Assembly: GCA_963721545.1 (NCBI GenBank)
Contig: CAVRKB010000012.1
Span: 31,409-95,408 of the forward strand
Reading direction: 5' to 3'
Origin: an uncultured Chloroflexia bacterium
Lineage (GTDB): Bacteria; Chloroflexota; Limnocylindria; Limnocylindrales; CSP1-4
Length of the DNA: 64,000 nucleotides
Below the pieces are notes generated by a model. That model was not told the origin of the DNA. It worked only from the letters and a program-made list of their open reading frames with translations, and did not search any database. A program made the translations under genes and the position numbers. Below, piece after piece: positions 52,550-63,512 of this stretch; positions within the stretch are counted from its first letter, which is position 1; every line of letters starts with the position of its first letter.

Positions 52550-54271
52550 CTAGGCTGCCGAGAAGAACATCTGCCCGAGGCCGCTCGCGTAGAGGCCCGT
52601 GAAGCCCTTCGAGCTGCCGGCGAGGTAGTTGTAGAAGTACGGGAGGCCGATCGGGGTGTCGTCGAGCAGGACGGTCTCGATCTTGGTGCAGGCCGCCTTC
52701 TGCGCGTCGACGCCGACGGCCTTCTGGAAGTCCGAGAACGCGGCGTCGAACGCCGGTCGAGCCGTACTGCGACGAGTTCCAGATGCCCTTCGACTTGAGC
52801 GCCGCGTTGAGGTAGACGTCCGGCGTGCCGCGATGGCCGTAGTCGACGATGCCGAGCTCGGCCGCGCCGGAGCACGGCGGATCTGCCGGCTCGGCCGGGC
52901 ACCACTGCGCGCCGTAGAACGTGTCGAGGCTCTCGACCGCCGACGTTCAGCGTGATCCCGGCCTCGGCGGCCTGGCTCTTGAGCAGGGTCGCGAGGTCGG
53001 GGATCTCCAGCAGCTGCCCGGCATGCAGGGTCGCGGTCAGGCTGCTGGCATTCGGCCTCGGCCAGGAGCGCCTTGGCCTTGTCGATGTCCTTGGCCCGCT
53101 GCGGGACCGCGGAGTCGAAGTAGGGGTAGCCCTCCCAGATGACGTGGTCGTTGCCGAGCTGGGCCTTGCCCTGGAACAGCGTCTGGATGAGCGCCGGGCG
53201 GTCGAACGTCAGGGCGAGTGCCTGGCGGACGCGCTTGTCGGCGAACGCGCCCGTGTCGGTGCGCATCCAGATCTGTCGATGCAGCGCCGCGGGCGTGCGC
53301 GATCAGGTTGAAGTTCGTGTCGTCCAGCAGGCTCTTGCCGGACAGGACGTCGAACTGGATGATCGCGTCCACCTGCTGGCCCTGGTAGGCCGTGACCATC
53401 GGGCCGGTCGCATCGAAGAAGATGAACTCGAGGCCGTCGAGCGGCGTCGTGCCGCCCCACCAGTCCGGGTTGCGCTCGAACGTGGCGCCGGTCTGCTGGT
53501 TGTAGGTCTTGAGCTTCCAGGCGCCCGTGCCGGCCGGAACCTTGTCGAACGTCGTGCCGGCCGCGTAGGCCTTGGGCGTGATCAGCGACTGGGCGTTGAA
53601 CACCGACACGAGATACGGGAAGTTGCCGTTGCGCGCCGAGCAGGGTGAAGGTCACGGTGTTGGCGTCGGTGGCGACCGCGCCGCCCGGCCCGAGGACGCC
53701 CTTCAGGCCCGAGTTGCCGGCGGTGACGAGGCGCTCCATCGTGGCGACCACGTCGTCCGCGGTGAACGGCCGTGCCGTCATGCCACTTCACGCCCTGGCG
53801 GAGCTTGAACGTCCACACGGTCCCATCCGCGTTGGGCGCCCACTCCAGGGCGAGCCCGGGACCGATGGAGACGAGGTCCTTCGGTCGTCGCGGTGACACA
53901 GGAACTCGAACGACTGGGACGTGATCCCGTAGCCGCCGAGGTCCTGCATCGCGACCGGATCGACCGACACCGGACGCTGGACCGGCGATCCGGATCACGC
54001 CGCCGGTGACCGCCGAGGCGGCCGCCGAAGGGGCGCTGCTCGCGCCGGAGCTCGCGCCCGACGTCGCGGCGGCGCCACTGGCCGACGGCGAGGTGCTCGT
54101 GCCACCGCACGCGGCGATGACCATGCCGATCGAGCCCATCGACAGGCCGACGATCGCGCCTCGCTGGATGAACTCGCGCCGGCTGAGCCGCCCCGCGACG
54201 TAGGCATCGACCACGTCCAGCTGGAGCGGCGCCGCCGAGCGGCGCACCTTGTCTAGCTTGGGAAAGTCCAT
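52550..54271 (-). CDS. Opp/Dpp-family (cluster C, SBP_bac_5) substrate-binding lipoprotein, five or more apparent frameshifts
   Basis: Signal with lipobox (MVIAACGG), Ser/Ala-rich linker, then SBP_bac_5 blocks (WHDGTPFTADDVVATMERL, AQSLITPKAY, DAIIQFDV, PIGLPYFYNYLAGS) scattered over multiple frames. GGAGGAGTACAGCG RBS before ATG 54271. Confidence 0.55.
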
Positions 54272-54446
54272 CGCTGTACTCCTCCGGCATCCACCCTGGC
54301 AGGGTCGCGCGCTCGCGAGCATCGTTCGCGGACAGCCACCGCCCGGCCACGGGTTCCTCCTCCGAGCGGCGGTGTCTCGGAACGGTACTGGCGGCCCCTC
54401 GCACTGTCAACGAACCCGACTCGCAACACTGCGCGATACTCGCGCC

Positions 54447-55558
54447 GTGCGCATCACCGCCGTTCGCGCTCGATCGCCTGGTCGTCCCGCTGGACCCGCC
54501 GTTCGACGCCGCGTGGGACCCGCAGCCGCGCCGCTCGTTCGCCGCAACGATCGTGCGGGTCGAGACCGACGAGGGCGTCGTCGGGGTCGGCTCGGGCGAC
54601 ACGATGGACGGCTTCGAGGCGTTCGAGCACCTGTTCGTCGGGCAGGACCCGCTGGCGATCGCCCGGCACGTCCGGGCGCTCGAGACGATCGACTTCCACG
54701 CCGGCCGCTACTGGCCGCTCGAGGTCGCGCTGTGGGACGTCATCGGCCAGGTCGCGGGTCTCCCCGTCGCCACGCTCTTCGGCGGCGCGCTCGACGGCAT
54801 CCCGGCCTACGCCTCGTGCGGGTCGCTGCTGCCCCCGGCCGAGCGGGCCGAGTCGGCGCTCGCGCCGGCGCGACGAGGGCTTCCGGGCGCTCAAGATCCG
54901 GGTCGACCCGAACCACCTCGAGGAGGGGCTCGCCGCGGTCGCCGCGACGCGCGACGCGGTCGGAGATTCGATGGCGATCATGGTCGACCTCAACCAGGGC
55001 TGGCGGATGGCGGGCGACACGGCGGGCTCGCTCGACCCGGTCGCGGCCCGCGAGATCGCGGTCCGGCTGGCCGATTACGACGTGCTGTGGCTGGAGGAGC
55101 CGCTGGCCGGCACGGACCTGCCCGGCCTGGCCGCGCTGCGAGCATCGGCGCCCGGCATCCGCATCGCCGGCGGCGAGATGACCCGCACCTTCACCGAGCT
55201 CGTCGCCGCGCTCGACGCGGACGCGTTCGACGTCCACCAGCCCGATGTCGTCCTGGCCGCCGGGATGCTCCGCGGGCGGACGCTCGGCGAGCTGGCGCTG
55301 GCCCGCAACCGCTGGTACAGCCCGCACACCTGGACCAACGGGATCGGGCTGCTGGCCAACCTGCACGTCGCGGCGGGGGTCGGCGGCGGTCCGTTCATCG
55401 AATACCCGTACGACCCGCCCGGCTGGACCGCCGAGCGGCGCGACTTCATGCTCCGCGAGCCGGTCCGGCCCGGTCCCGACGGCGTCCTCCGCGTCCCCGC
55501 CGCGCCGGGCCTCGGGATCGAGCTCGACGAGGCCGCCCTGCGGCGCTACGCGGCATGA
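54447..55558 (+). CDS. enolase-superfamily enzyme (mandelate racemase/muconate lactonising enzyme subgroup), two apparent frameshifts
   Basis: Capping-domain N-terminus (VRVETDEGVVGVGSGD); barrel with RALKIRV, metal ligands MVDLNQGW / WLEEP / DVHQPD, and a C-terminal HTWTNG. Three frame segments: 54447-54475, to about 54860, and to 55558. Confidence 0.65.
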
Positions 55559-57068
55559 CCGCCGGGACCAAGCGCGACGCTCGACGACTGGCTTGCTCGG
55601 GCGGCCGCGGTTGCGCCCCGGACGGAGCTGTTCGTCGACGGGCGGTTCGCGCCGGCCGCCTCGGGTCGGACGTTCGACGACATGGCGGGCCGCGACGGGT
55701 CGCGGATCGCGGCGGTGGCGGAGGGCGGCACGGAGGACGTCGACCGCGCCGTCGCAGCCGCCCGCCGCGCCTTCGACGACCGGCGCTGGTCGGACCAGCC
55801 GCCGCATGGCGCGCAAGAAGGTCCTGCTCCGCCTCGCCGAGCTGGTCCGCGAGCACCTCGAGGAGCTCGCCCTGCTCGAATCGCTCGACGTCGGCAAGCC
55901 GATCCGCGACACGCTCCGGGTGGACGTCCCGAGCGCCGCGACGACGCTCCAGTGGTACGCCGAGACGATCGACAAGACGTACGGCGAGGTCGGCCCGACC
56001 GGGCCGGACGCCCTGTCACTGGTGACCCGCGAGCCGATCGGCGTCGTCGCCGCGATCGTGCCCTGGAACTACCCGCTGATCATCACCGCCTGGAAGCTGG
56101 GCGCCGCCCTGTCGACCGGCAACTCGGTCGTGCTCAAGCCGGCCAGCCAGTCGCCGCTGACCGCGCTGCGCCTTGCCGAGCTCGCCGCCGAGGCGGGGCT
56201 TCCGGACGGCGTGCTCAACGTGGTGACCGGTCCGGGCCAGGTCATCGGCGACGCACTGGCGCGCCATCCCGGCGTGGACAAGATCGCGTTCACCGGCTCG
56301 ACCGAGGTGGGTCGTTCGCTGCTCCGCGCGGTCGGGGAATCGGACGTCAAGGCCATCTCGCTCGAGCTCGGCGGCAAGAGCCCGCAGGTCGTGCTGGCCG
56401 ACGTCGGCGACCTCGAGGCGGCCGCCTCCACGATCGGCTGGGGGATCTTCTACAACAGCGGGCAGACCTGCAACGCCGGGTCGCGCCTCGTCGTCCATCG
56501 CTCGCACCGGGCGGAGCTGGTCGAGCGGGTGGCGGCATTCGGTCGGACGGTGGCGCCGGGCGAGCCGCTCGACCCGCGGACCAAGCTCGGCTCGATCGTC
56601 GACGAGCGCCAGCTGGCGAAGGTCCTCGGCTACGTGCAGCTCGGGCGCGAGGAGGGTGCCACCGTCGTCGCCGGCGGCGAGCGCGTCCGGGAGGAGAGCG
56701 GCGGCGCGTACATCGGCCCGACGATCCTCGACGGCGTGGCCAACTCGATGCGGGTCGCGCGCGAGGAGATCTTCGGACCCGTCCTGACCGTGACCGAGTT
56801 CGACGACGAGGACGAGGCGATCGCGATCGCCAACGACTCGCCGTACGGCCTGGCCGCCGGGCTGTGGACCCGCGACGTCAAGCGCGCCCACCGGCTCGCC
56901 CGGCGGATCCGAGCGGGCGTCGTGTGGGTCAACACCTTCGACACGGCCGACATCACGGTCCCGTTCGGTGGCTACAAGCAATCCGGCTTCGGGCGCGACA
57001 AGGGCCTCCCGGCGCTCGACGGGTACACCCAGCTCAAGACGACCTGGCTCGACCTGTCGGACGGCTAG
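55555..57068 (+). CDS. NAD(P)-dependent aldehyde dehydrogenase (two apparent frameshifts near the 5' end)
   Basis: IVPWNYPLIITAWK, ELGGKSP, YNSGQTCNAGSRL catalytic Cys, EEIFGPV. The first 80 codons are spread over three frames. ATGA overlap with the enolase-family stop. Confidence 0.75.
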
Positions 57069-57156
57069 CCCGGCTCCGACGGGGCACCGGCGCGCTACAC
57101 TCACCGTTCGACGAAACCGCCGATGAAAGACGAGCGCTCCAGGGGGTGATCGACAT

Positions 57157-57565
57157 GACGGACCAGACGAGCACGGCGTCGGGGGCCGCCAAAAAGGATG
57201 ATGCTGCAGCCCTCGAGCCGACCCAGGCCGAGATCGACGCCTGGGCCGCCCGCGAGCGACAGCGGCGCGAGGCGTGGCTGAACGGTCCGTCCGAGGAGGA
57301 GCGCGCCGAGTACGCGCAGCACCTCCGGCACCGCCGGCTGGCATCGACCTTCGACGAGGGCGAGGCCCGCATCGCCGACACCGTCCGCATGGGGGTCCGC
57401 TACGGACGCGAAGGCCAGCTCGCGATGGAAGGGGCGATGGCGCTCCTCTATCGCTTCTCGCGCAGGAGCTTCGCGGAGCTGGTCCGTGCCGGTCGTGAAT
57501 GGGAGGAGGAGACGACGCTCCCGACTCGGCGCAAGCGCGTATCGCTGGACGACGAGGGCTCGTGA
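57157..57565 (+). CDS. hypothetical protein
   Basis: Intact 136-aa charged, helix-rich ORF between the ALDH and the UbiB kinase. No recognised domain. Confidence 0.45.
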
Positions 57566-57658
57566 CGTCGCCGGCCCCACGCCCGGGCACCCGGTAGCGC
57601 GCACCTCGCGACAGCCGTCCCGGCGACGCGCCGTCGCCAGTGACCAGGGCCACGCCCC

Positions 57659-59362
57659 ATGAGAACGCTGTTCCGGCATCCGCGCCGGGTCTGGCACGTC
57701 CTCGCCGTCTTCTTCGTCCTGTTCATCGCTCCGGCCTTCCACCTGCCCGGCTCGGACCGGCGCAGCCGGCCGGTCCGGATGCGGATCGCCTTCGAGCGTC
57801 TCGGCGGCGCCTGGATCAAGTTGGGCCAGATGCTGGCGCTGCGCTTCGACCTGCTGCCCGCCGCCTACTGCGACGAGCTGTTCAAGCTGCTCAACCAGGT
57901 TGCCCCGTTCTCCTACGACGAGGTCCGCGCCATCGTCCGCAAGGAGCTCGGTGCCGAACCCGAGACGGTCTTCCGGTCGTTCTCGCACGAGTCGTTCGCC
58001 GCGGCCTCCATCGGCCAGGTCCACCGCGCCGTGCTCCACAGCGGGGAGCAGGTCGCCGTCAAGGTCCAGCGGCCGGGCATCCGCAAGACGCTCGGGGCGG
58101 ACATCGCGCTGATGTACTCGACGACCTGGATCCTCGATTGGAGCCACGTCTTCGGGGCGACGAAGAGCCGCGAGGTCATCGACGAGTTCGCGCGCTGGAC
58201 CGCCGACGAGCTCGACTACATGGTCGAGGCGCGGCAGGCCGTCCTCCTGTACCAGAACGCGCAGGGTGACAAGGTCGAGCGCATCGCCCGCGTCCACCGC
58301 GACTACACCACGTCGCGCGTCCTGACCACCGAGCTGATCGTCGGCATCCCGCTGATCGACATCATGGTCGCCAAGCGCGAGGGCAACACCGCGTACCTCG
58401 AGGCGCTGGCCGCCCGCGGCCACGACCTCGATCGGATCGTCCGCAACCTCGACTGGAACATGCTCAATCAGGTCTACGTGTTCGGCTACTTCCACGCCGA
58501 CCTGCATCCGGCCAACCTGTTCGTCCTGCCGGGCGACGCGATCGGCTACGTCGACTTCGGGATCGTCGGCCAGCTGCCCGATCGCGTCCGGGATTCGCTC
58601 ACCCGCTACAGCTGGCTGCTCTTCCGGGGCGAGGTCGAGTCCGCCGTCCTGGAGCTCATGCGCTGGCTTGCACCGGGACCTGAGACGGACATCGCGACCA
58701 CCCGCTGGCAGCTGATCCGCGTCCACCAGGCGTTCCTGTACGACACCGTCGCGGACCGCCTGCGGACGACCGAGGCGGCGCCCGGCCCCGCCCAACACAA
58801 GGAAAACCCGTATTCGAAGCTGGCGGTCGACATCCTCGACACGATCCGCGTCCAGCAGCTGACGATGTCGTCCAGCATCGTCGGCTACCTCAAGATGCTG
58901 GTCACGCTCGGCACGCTGCGGCATTCGCTCGCCGTCGAGTACGACCTGCAGGAGACCGTCCGGCGCTTCGTTCGCCGCCTCGCACGTCAGCAGGGGCTGG
59001 CCCTGCTCGACCCTCGCCGGACGTTCGACCGGCTCTACGCCGGCACGGGTCGGATCCAGCGCACGCTGGAGTTCCTGGAGTTCGTCGAGGCCCAGGAGCC
59101 GGTCATCACCGAAGCGACCACCATGCTGTTCGGCTACCGCAACCGGATCCGGCGCGTGAAGCAGCGGCTCATCGGCTTCGGCACCGCCGTCCTGGTCGTC
59201 GGCGCGGTGCTGTACCTGGTCCTCGTCTTCCCCGACGATACCCGGCGGATGATTCCCCGGGAGCTGGACTACACCTGGCTCCAGCTCGGCCTCCTGGCGG
59301 TCCTGCTCGTCCTGATCGTCAACCTCATCCGCAACATGCGCAGCATGGGTTCCGGGGAGTAG
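57659..59362 (+). CDS. ABC1/UbiB-family atypical protein kinase
   Basis: Intact 567-aa ORF. ASIGQVH...AVKVQRPG lysine motif, FHADLHPANL catalytic loop, IGYVDFG, and C-terminal TM helices. Confidence 0.85.
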   Translation: MRTLFRHPRRVWHVLAVFFVLFIAPAFHLPGSDRRSRPVRMRIAFERLGGAWIKLGQMLALRFDLLPAAYCDELFKLLNQVAPFSYDEVRAIVRKELGAEPETVFRSFSHESFAAASIGQVHRAVLHSGEQVAVKVQRPGIRKTLGADIALMYSTTWILDWSHVFGATKSREVIDEFARWTADELDYMVEARQAVLLYQNAQGDKVERIARVHRDYTTSRVLTTELIVGIPLIDIMVAKREGNTAYLEALAARGHDLDRIVRNLDWNMLNQVYVFGYFHADLHPANLFVLPGDAIGYVDFGIVGQLPDRVRDSLTRYSWLLFRGEVESAVLELMRWLAPGPETDIATTRWQLIRVHQAFLYDTVADRLRTTEAAPGPAQHKENPYSKLAVDILDTIRVQQLTMSSSIVGYLKMLVTLGTLRHSLAVEYDLQETVRRFVRRLARQQGLALLDPRRTFDRLYAGTGRIQRTLEFLEFVEAQEPVITEATTMLFGYRNRIRRVKQRLIGFGTAVLVVGAVLYLVLVFPDDTRRMIPRELDYTWLQLGLLAVLLVLIVNLIRNMRSMGSGE

Positions 59363-59470
59363 CTCGGCCTGCGTCCGGTCCGGTCTCCGGCCGGGGTACC
59401 GGCTAGCATTGGGCGGGTCGTCGATCGGTGGCGCCGCGCCCGGTCGTGGGATCAGCTGCGGGAGACCTGC

Positions 59471-60889
59471 GTGACGGATATGGACACGGCCGCGGGCGAG
59501 GGGCTGCGCCGACGGCGAGGCGGCGGCCGTGAGGGTCATGCCCGCAATGCCCTGCCGCAGCAGCCGCCGTGGGCCCAGCCGCGCCTGCGCTACCCCCCGA
59601 CCGAGCTGCTGTCGGCCGACGAGCTCGAGTCGATCCATACCGGCTCGCTCCGCGTCCTGTCCGAGATCGGGATGGACTTCCTCGACGCGGACGCCCGCGA
59701 GGTCCTGCGCGCCGCCGGGGCGACCGTCGAGCCCGATTCGCAGCGGGTCCGGTTCGACCCCGGGATGGTCACCGAGCTGATCAAGACGGCGCCGGCGCAG
59801 TTCACGCTCCACGCCCGCAACCCCGCGCGTGACGTCCAGCTGGGTGGCGACTGGGTCGCCTTCGGGACCGTCGGCAGCCCGCCCAACGTCGCCGACCTGG
59901 ACCGCGGCCGGCGGATCGGGAACCGGGCCGACTACCAGAACCTGCTGCGCCTCGCCCAGTCGCTCAACGCCGTCCATTTCCTGTCGGGCTATCCCGTGGA
60001 GCCGGTCGACCTCCATCACGGGGTTCGGCACCTGTGGGCGAGCTACGACGCCCTGACGCTGATGGACAAGGCGGTCCACTGCTACAGCCTCGGCCGTCAG
60101 CGCAACATCGACGTCCTCGAGATGGTCCGCATCGCCCGCGGCGTCGACCAGGCGACGATCGACCGGGAGCCGTCGGTCTTCACCGTCGTCAACTCGAGCT
60201 CACCGTTGCGCCTCGACGCCCCGATGCTCCAGGGGATCATGGAGTTCGCGGCCCACAACCAGGTGGTGTGCATCACGCCGTTCACCCTGGCCGGGGCGAT
60301 GGCCCCGGTCACCCTCGCCGGTGCCCTCGCCGAGCAGAATGCCGAGGCGCTGGCCGGGATGGTGCTGACCCAGGCGGTCAATCCGGGTGCCCCGGTCATC
60401 TACGGAGGCTTCACCTCGAACGTCGACATGCAGTCGGGGGCGCCGGCGTTCGGGACTCCCGAGTACATGCGGACGGCGATGATCGGTGGCCAGCTGGCGC
60501 GCCGCTACGGCGTCCCGTACCGGTCCTCGAACGTGTGCGCCGCCAACGCCCTCGACGCGCAGGCCGCCTACGAATCGGTCTTCTCGCTGTGGGGCGCGAT
60601 CCAGGGCGGGGTCAACCTGCTGATGCACGGCGCCGGCTGGATGGAGGGCGGGCTGCACGCCAGCTACGAGAAGATGATCCTCGACGCGGAGCTCCTCGGG
60701 ATGGTCGCCGCGTTTCTCGAGCCGGTCGTGGTGGACGACGAGACGCTGGCCTTCTCGGCGATGCAGGAGGTCGGTCCCGGCGGCCACTTCTTCGGCGCCG
60801 AGCACACCCAGTCGCGCTACCGGACCGCGTTCCACAAGCCGATGCTGAGCGACTGGCGCAACTACGAGACGTGGGAGGAGGCCGGATAG
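59471..60889 (+). CDS. MttB-superfamily methyltransferase homologue, second copy (C-terminal 49 aa continue in the +1 frame to 61038 after an apparent indel creating TAG at 60887)
   Basis: 472-aa frame with MttB-family blocks (GAMAPVTLAGALAEQNAEALAG, DMQSGAPAFGTPE, GWMEGGLHASYEKMILDAE). The downstream +1 frame encodes ANRIWKELLAAYEPPPMDPAIAEELDAFV, homologous to the C-terminal tail of the first MttB copy. Confidence 0.8.
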   Translation: MTDMDTAAGEGLRRRRGGGREGHARNALPQQPPWAQPRLRYPPTELLSADELESIHTGSLRVLSEIGMDFLDADAREVLRAAGATVEPDSQRVRFDPGMVTELIKTAPAQFTLHARNPARDVQLGGDWVAFGTVGSPPNVADLDRGRRIGNRADYQNLLRLAQSLNAVHFLSGYPVEPVDLHHGVRHLWASYDALTLMDKAVHCYSLGRQRNIDVLEMVRIARGVDQATIDREPSVFTVVNSSSPLRLDAPMLQGIMEFAAHNQVVCITPFTLAGAMAPVTLAGALAEQNAEALAGMVLTQAVNPGAPVIYGGFTSNVDMQSGAPAFGTPEYMRTAMIGGQLARRYGVPYRSSNVCAANALDAQAAYESVFSLWGAIQGGVNLLMHGAGWMEGGLHASYEKMILDAELLGMVAAFLEPVVVDDETLAFSAMQEVGPGGHFFGAEHTQSRYRTAFHKPMLSDWRNYETWEEAG

Positions 60890-61049
60890 CCCGGAGCTCC
60901 CTGCCAAGGCCAACCGGATCTGGAAGGAGCTGCTCGCGGCGTACGAGCCGCCGCCCATGGATCCGGCGATCGCCGAGGAGCTCGACGCGTTCGTCGCCCG
61001 GCGGGTGGCCGAGGGCGGCGTCCCGACCGATTACTGAAGGGGACCGATC

Positions 61050-63512
61050 GTGAAGTCATCAGCCCAGGTGTGGTCATCGGCGGCGGCGTCGTCGGGTGCA
61101 GCGTGCTGTACCACCTGACCAAGGCCGGCTGGACGGACGTCGTGCTGCTCGAGCGGCGCGAGCTGACGGCCGGCTCGACGTGGCACGCGGCCGGTGGCAT
61201 GCACACCCTCAACGGCGACCCGAACGTGGCCCGCCTCCAGCAGTACACGATCAAGCTGTACGAGGAGATCGAGCGGGTCTCCGGCCAGGACTGCTCGATC
61301 CATCTGCCCGGCGGGCTGATGCTGGCCGACACGGAGGTCCGCATGGACTTCCTGCGGATGGCCCAGTCGCGCGGCCGCTACCTGGGCATGGACCTCGAGC
61401 TGATCTCCGCGCGCGAGGCGCAGGACCTCTTCCCGCTGCTCGACCCGCAGTACTTCGTCGGCGCGCTGTACGACCCGGTCGAGGGCCACGTGGACCCGAC
61501 CGGCGTCACCCGCGCCTACGCCAAGTGCGCCCAGCTCGCCGGGGCGGAGATCCGCCAGCACACGAAGGTCGACGGGCTCGCCCAGCGCCCGACGGCACGT
61601 GGGACGTCCTGATCGAGGACGGCGACCCGATCCACGCCGAGCACGTCGTCAACGCCGGCGGGCTGTGGGCGCGCGAGGTCGGCCGGATGGTCGGGCTGGA
61701 GCTGCCGGTCCTCGCCATGCAGCACCAGTACCTGCTGACCGTGGACATGCCCGAGGTCGCGGAGCACGTCGCGCAAACGGGCCGCGAGATGCCGATGACG
61801 CTCGACTTCGGCGGCGAGATCTACCTCCGCCAGGAGGGCGGCGGCACGCTGATGGGGACCTACGAGCAGGCCGCCATCCCGTGGTCGCCGAAGGAGACGC
61901 CGTGGGACTTCGGGTCGGAGCTGCTCAAGCCCGACCTCGACCGGATCACCCCGGAGCTCCAGGTCGCCTTCCGCCACTACCCGGCGATGGGCACGACCGG
62001 GATCCGGCGGGTCGTCAACGGCCCGTTCACCTTCGCCCCGGACGGCAACCCGCTCGTCGGCCCGATCCGCGGGCTGCGCAACTTCTGGGTCGCCTGCGGG
62101 GTGATGGCCGGGCTGTCGCAGGGCGGCGGCGTTGGCCTCGCGCTGGCGGCCTGGATGACCGCCGGCGACCACGGCGACTCGGGCATGGATATCTGGGCGA
62201 TGGATGTCGCGCGGTTCGGCGATTACGCGACGCTGGCCTACACCAACGCCAAGGTCCAGGAGAACTACCGGCGCCGGTTCCGGATCACGTTCCCGAACGA
62301 GGAGCTGCCGGCCGCCCGGCCGCTGCTGACCACGCCGATCCACGACCGGCTGACCGCCGCCAACGCGGTATGGGGCGCGTCGTTCGGGCTCGAGCACGTG
62401 CTGTGGTTCCAGAAGCCCGGCCTGCCGCCGTTCGAGGACGTGACGTTCCGCCGGTCGAATGCCTGGGAGCCGGTCGCCGGCGAGGTCGAGGCCGTCCGCG
62501 AGCGGGTGGGGCTGACCGAGATCTCGAACTACGCCAAGTACCGCGTGACCGGCCCGGGCGCCGAGGCGTGGCTGTCGTCGCTCCTCACCGCGCGGATGCC
62601 GAAGGCCGGGCGAATGACGCTCACCGCGATGCTCAACGACGGGGCCGGATCGTCGGCGAGTTCACCGTGGCCCGGCCCGACGACGGCGACACGTACTACC
62701 TGTTCGGCTCGCTCGGGGCGGAGGTCCATCACTCGCGCTGGTTCCGCGCCCACCTGCCCGCCGACGGGAGCGTCCGCTTCGAGGTCCTCGGGCTGTCGCT
62801 GACGGGGCTGTCGATCGCCGGGCCGCACGCCCGTGACGTCCTGGCGTCGATCACCGACGAGGACCTGTCGACCGAGGCATTCCGGTTCATGGACTTCCGG
62901 CGGGTCGACCTCGGGATGATCCCGGCGCTCGTGGCGCGGATCAACTACGCCGGCGACCTCGGCTACGAGCTGTGGGTCGCGCCGGAATACCAGGCCGCGC
63001 TGTTCGACGCGGTGATGGCCGCCGGGCAGGAGCACGGCATCCGCCTGTTCGGCTTCCGCGCGCTGATGTCGCTCCGGCTGGAGAAGAGCTACGGGACCTG
63101 GTTCCGCGAGTACCGGCCGATCTACACCCCGGCCGAGGGCGGGATCACCAACTACCTCAAGCTCGACCACGAGTTCATCGGGCGGGCCGCGCACGAGGCC
63201 GAGCTGGCCGCCGGTGGCCCCGCCCGCCGGCTCGTCGCGCTCGTCGTCGAGCCGGATCCGGACGATCCAGCGGATGTCATCGGCGACGAGCCGATCTGGC
63301 ACGGCGGCGAGGTGGTCGGCTGGGTGACCTCGGGCGGCTACGGCCACCACGTCAAGCAGTCGATCGCGCTGGGTTACGTACCCGCGGCACTGGCGGACCC
63401 GGCCGGTCCGGGCGCCGACGGCTTCGAGATCGAGATCATCGGCCGGCGCCGGCCGGCCCGGCTCCAGCCACGGCCGCTGTTCGACCCCGAGGGCGCCCGG
63501 ATGCGCCAGTGA
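61050..63512 (+). CDS. dimethylglycine/sarcosine dehydrogenase-family FAD oxidoreductase with C-terminal GcvT-like folate-binding domain (about 3 apparent frameshifts)
   Basis: VVIGGGVVGCSVLYHL DAO Rossmann, HAAGG, GLWAREVG, FGLEHVLWF; then the aminomethyltransferase-like domain (ARINYAGDLGYELW, GFRALMSLRLEKSYG, GWVTSGGYGHHV) in a third frame. GTG at 61050 is proposed only if a 1-nt indel restores MKSSAQVVVIGGG. Confidence 0.75.

Noticed and set aside
60887-60889. Possible pyrrolysine (UAG) codon in an MttB-family gene
   Set aside because: The TAG is at the C-terminal end, not at the conserved mid-barrel Pyl position. Homology continues in the +1 frame, not in-frame. This fits the window-wide 1-nt indel pattern, and no pyl genes are seen.
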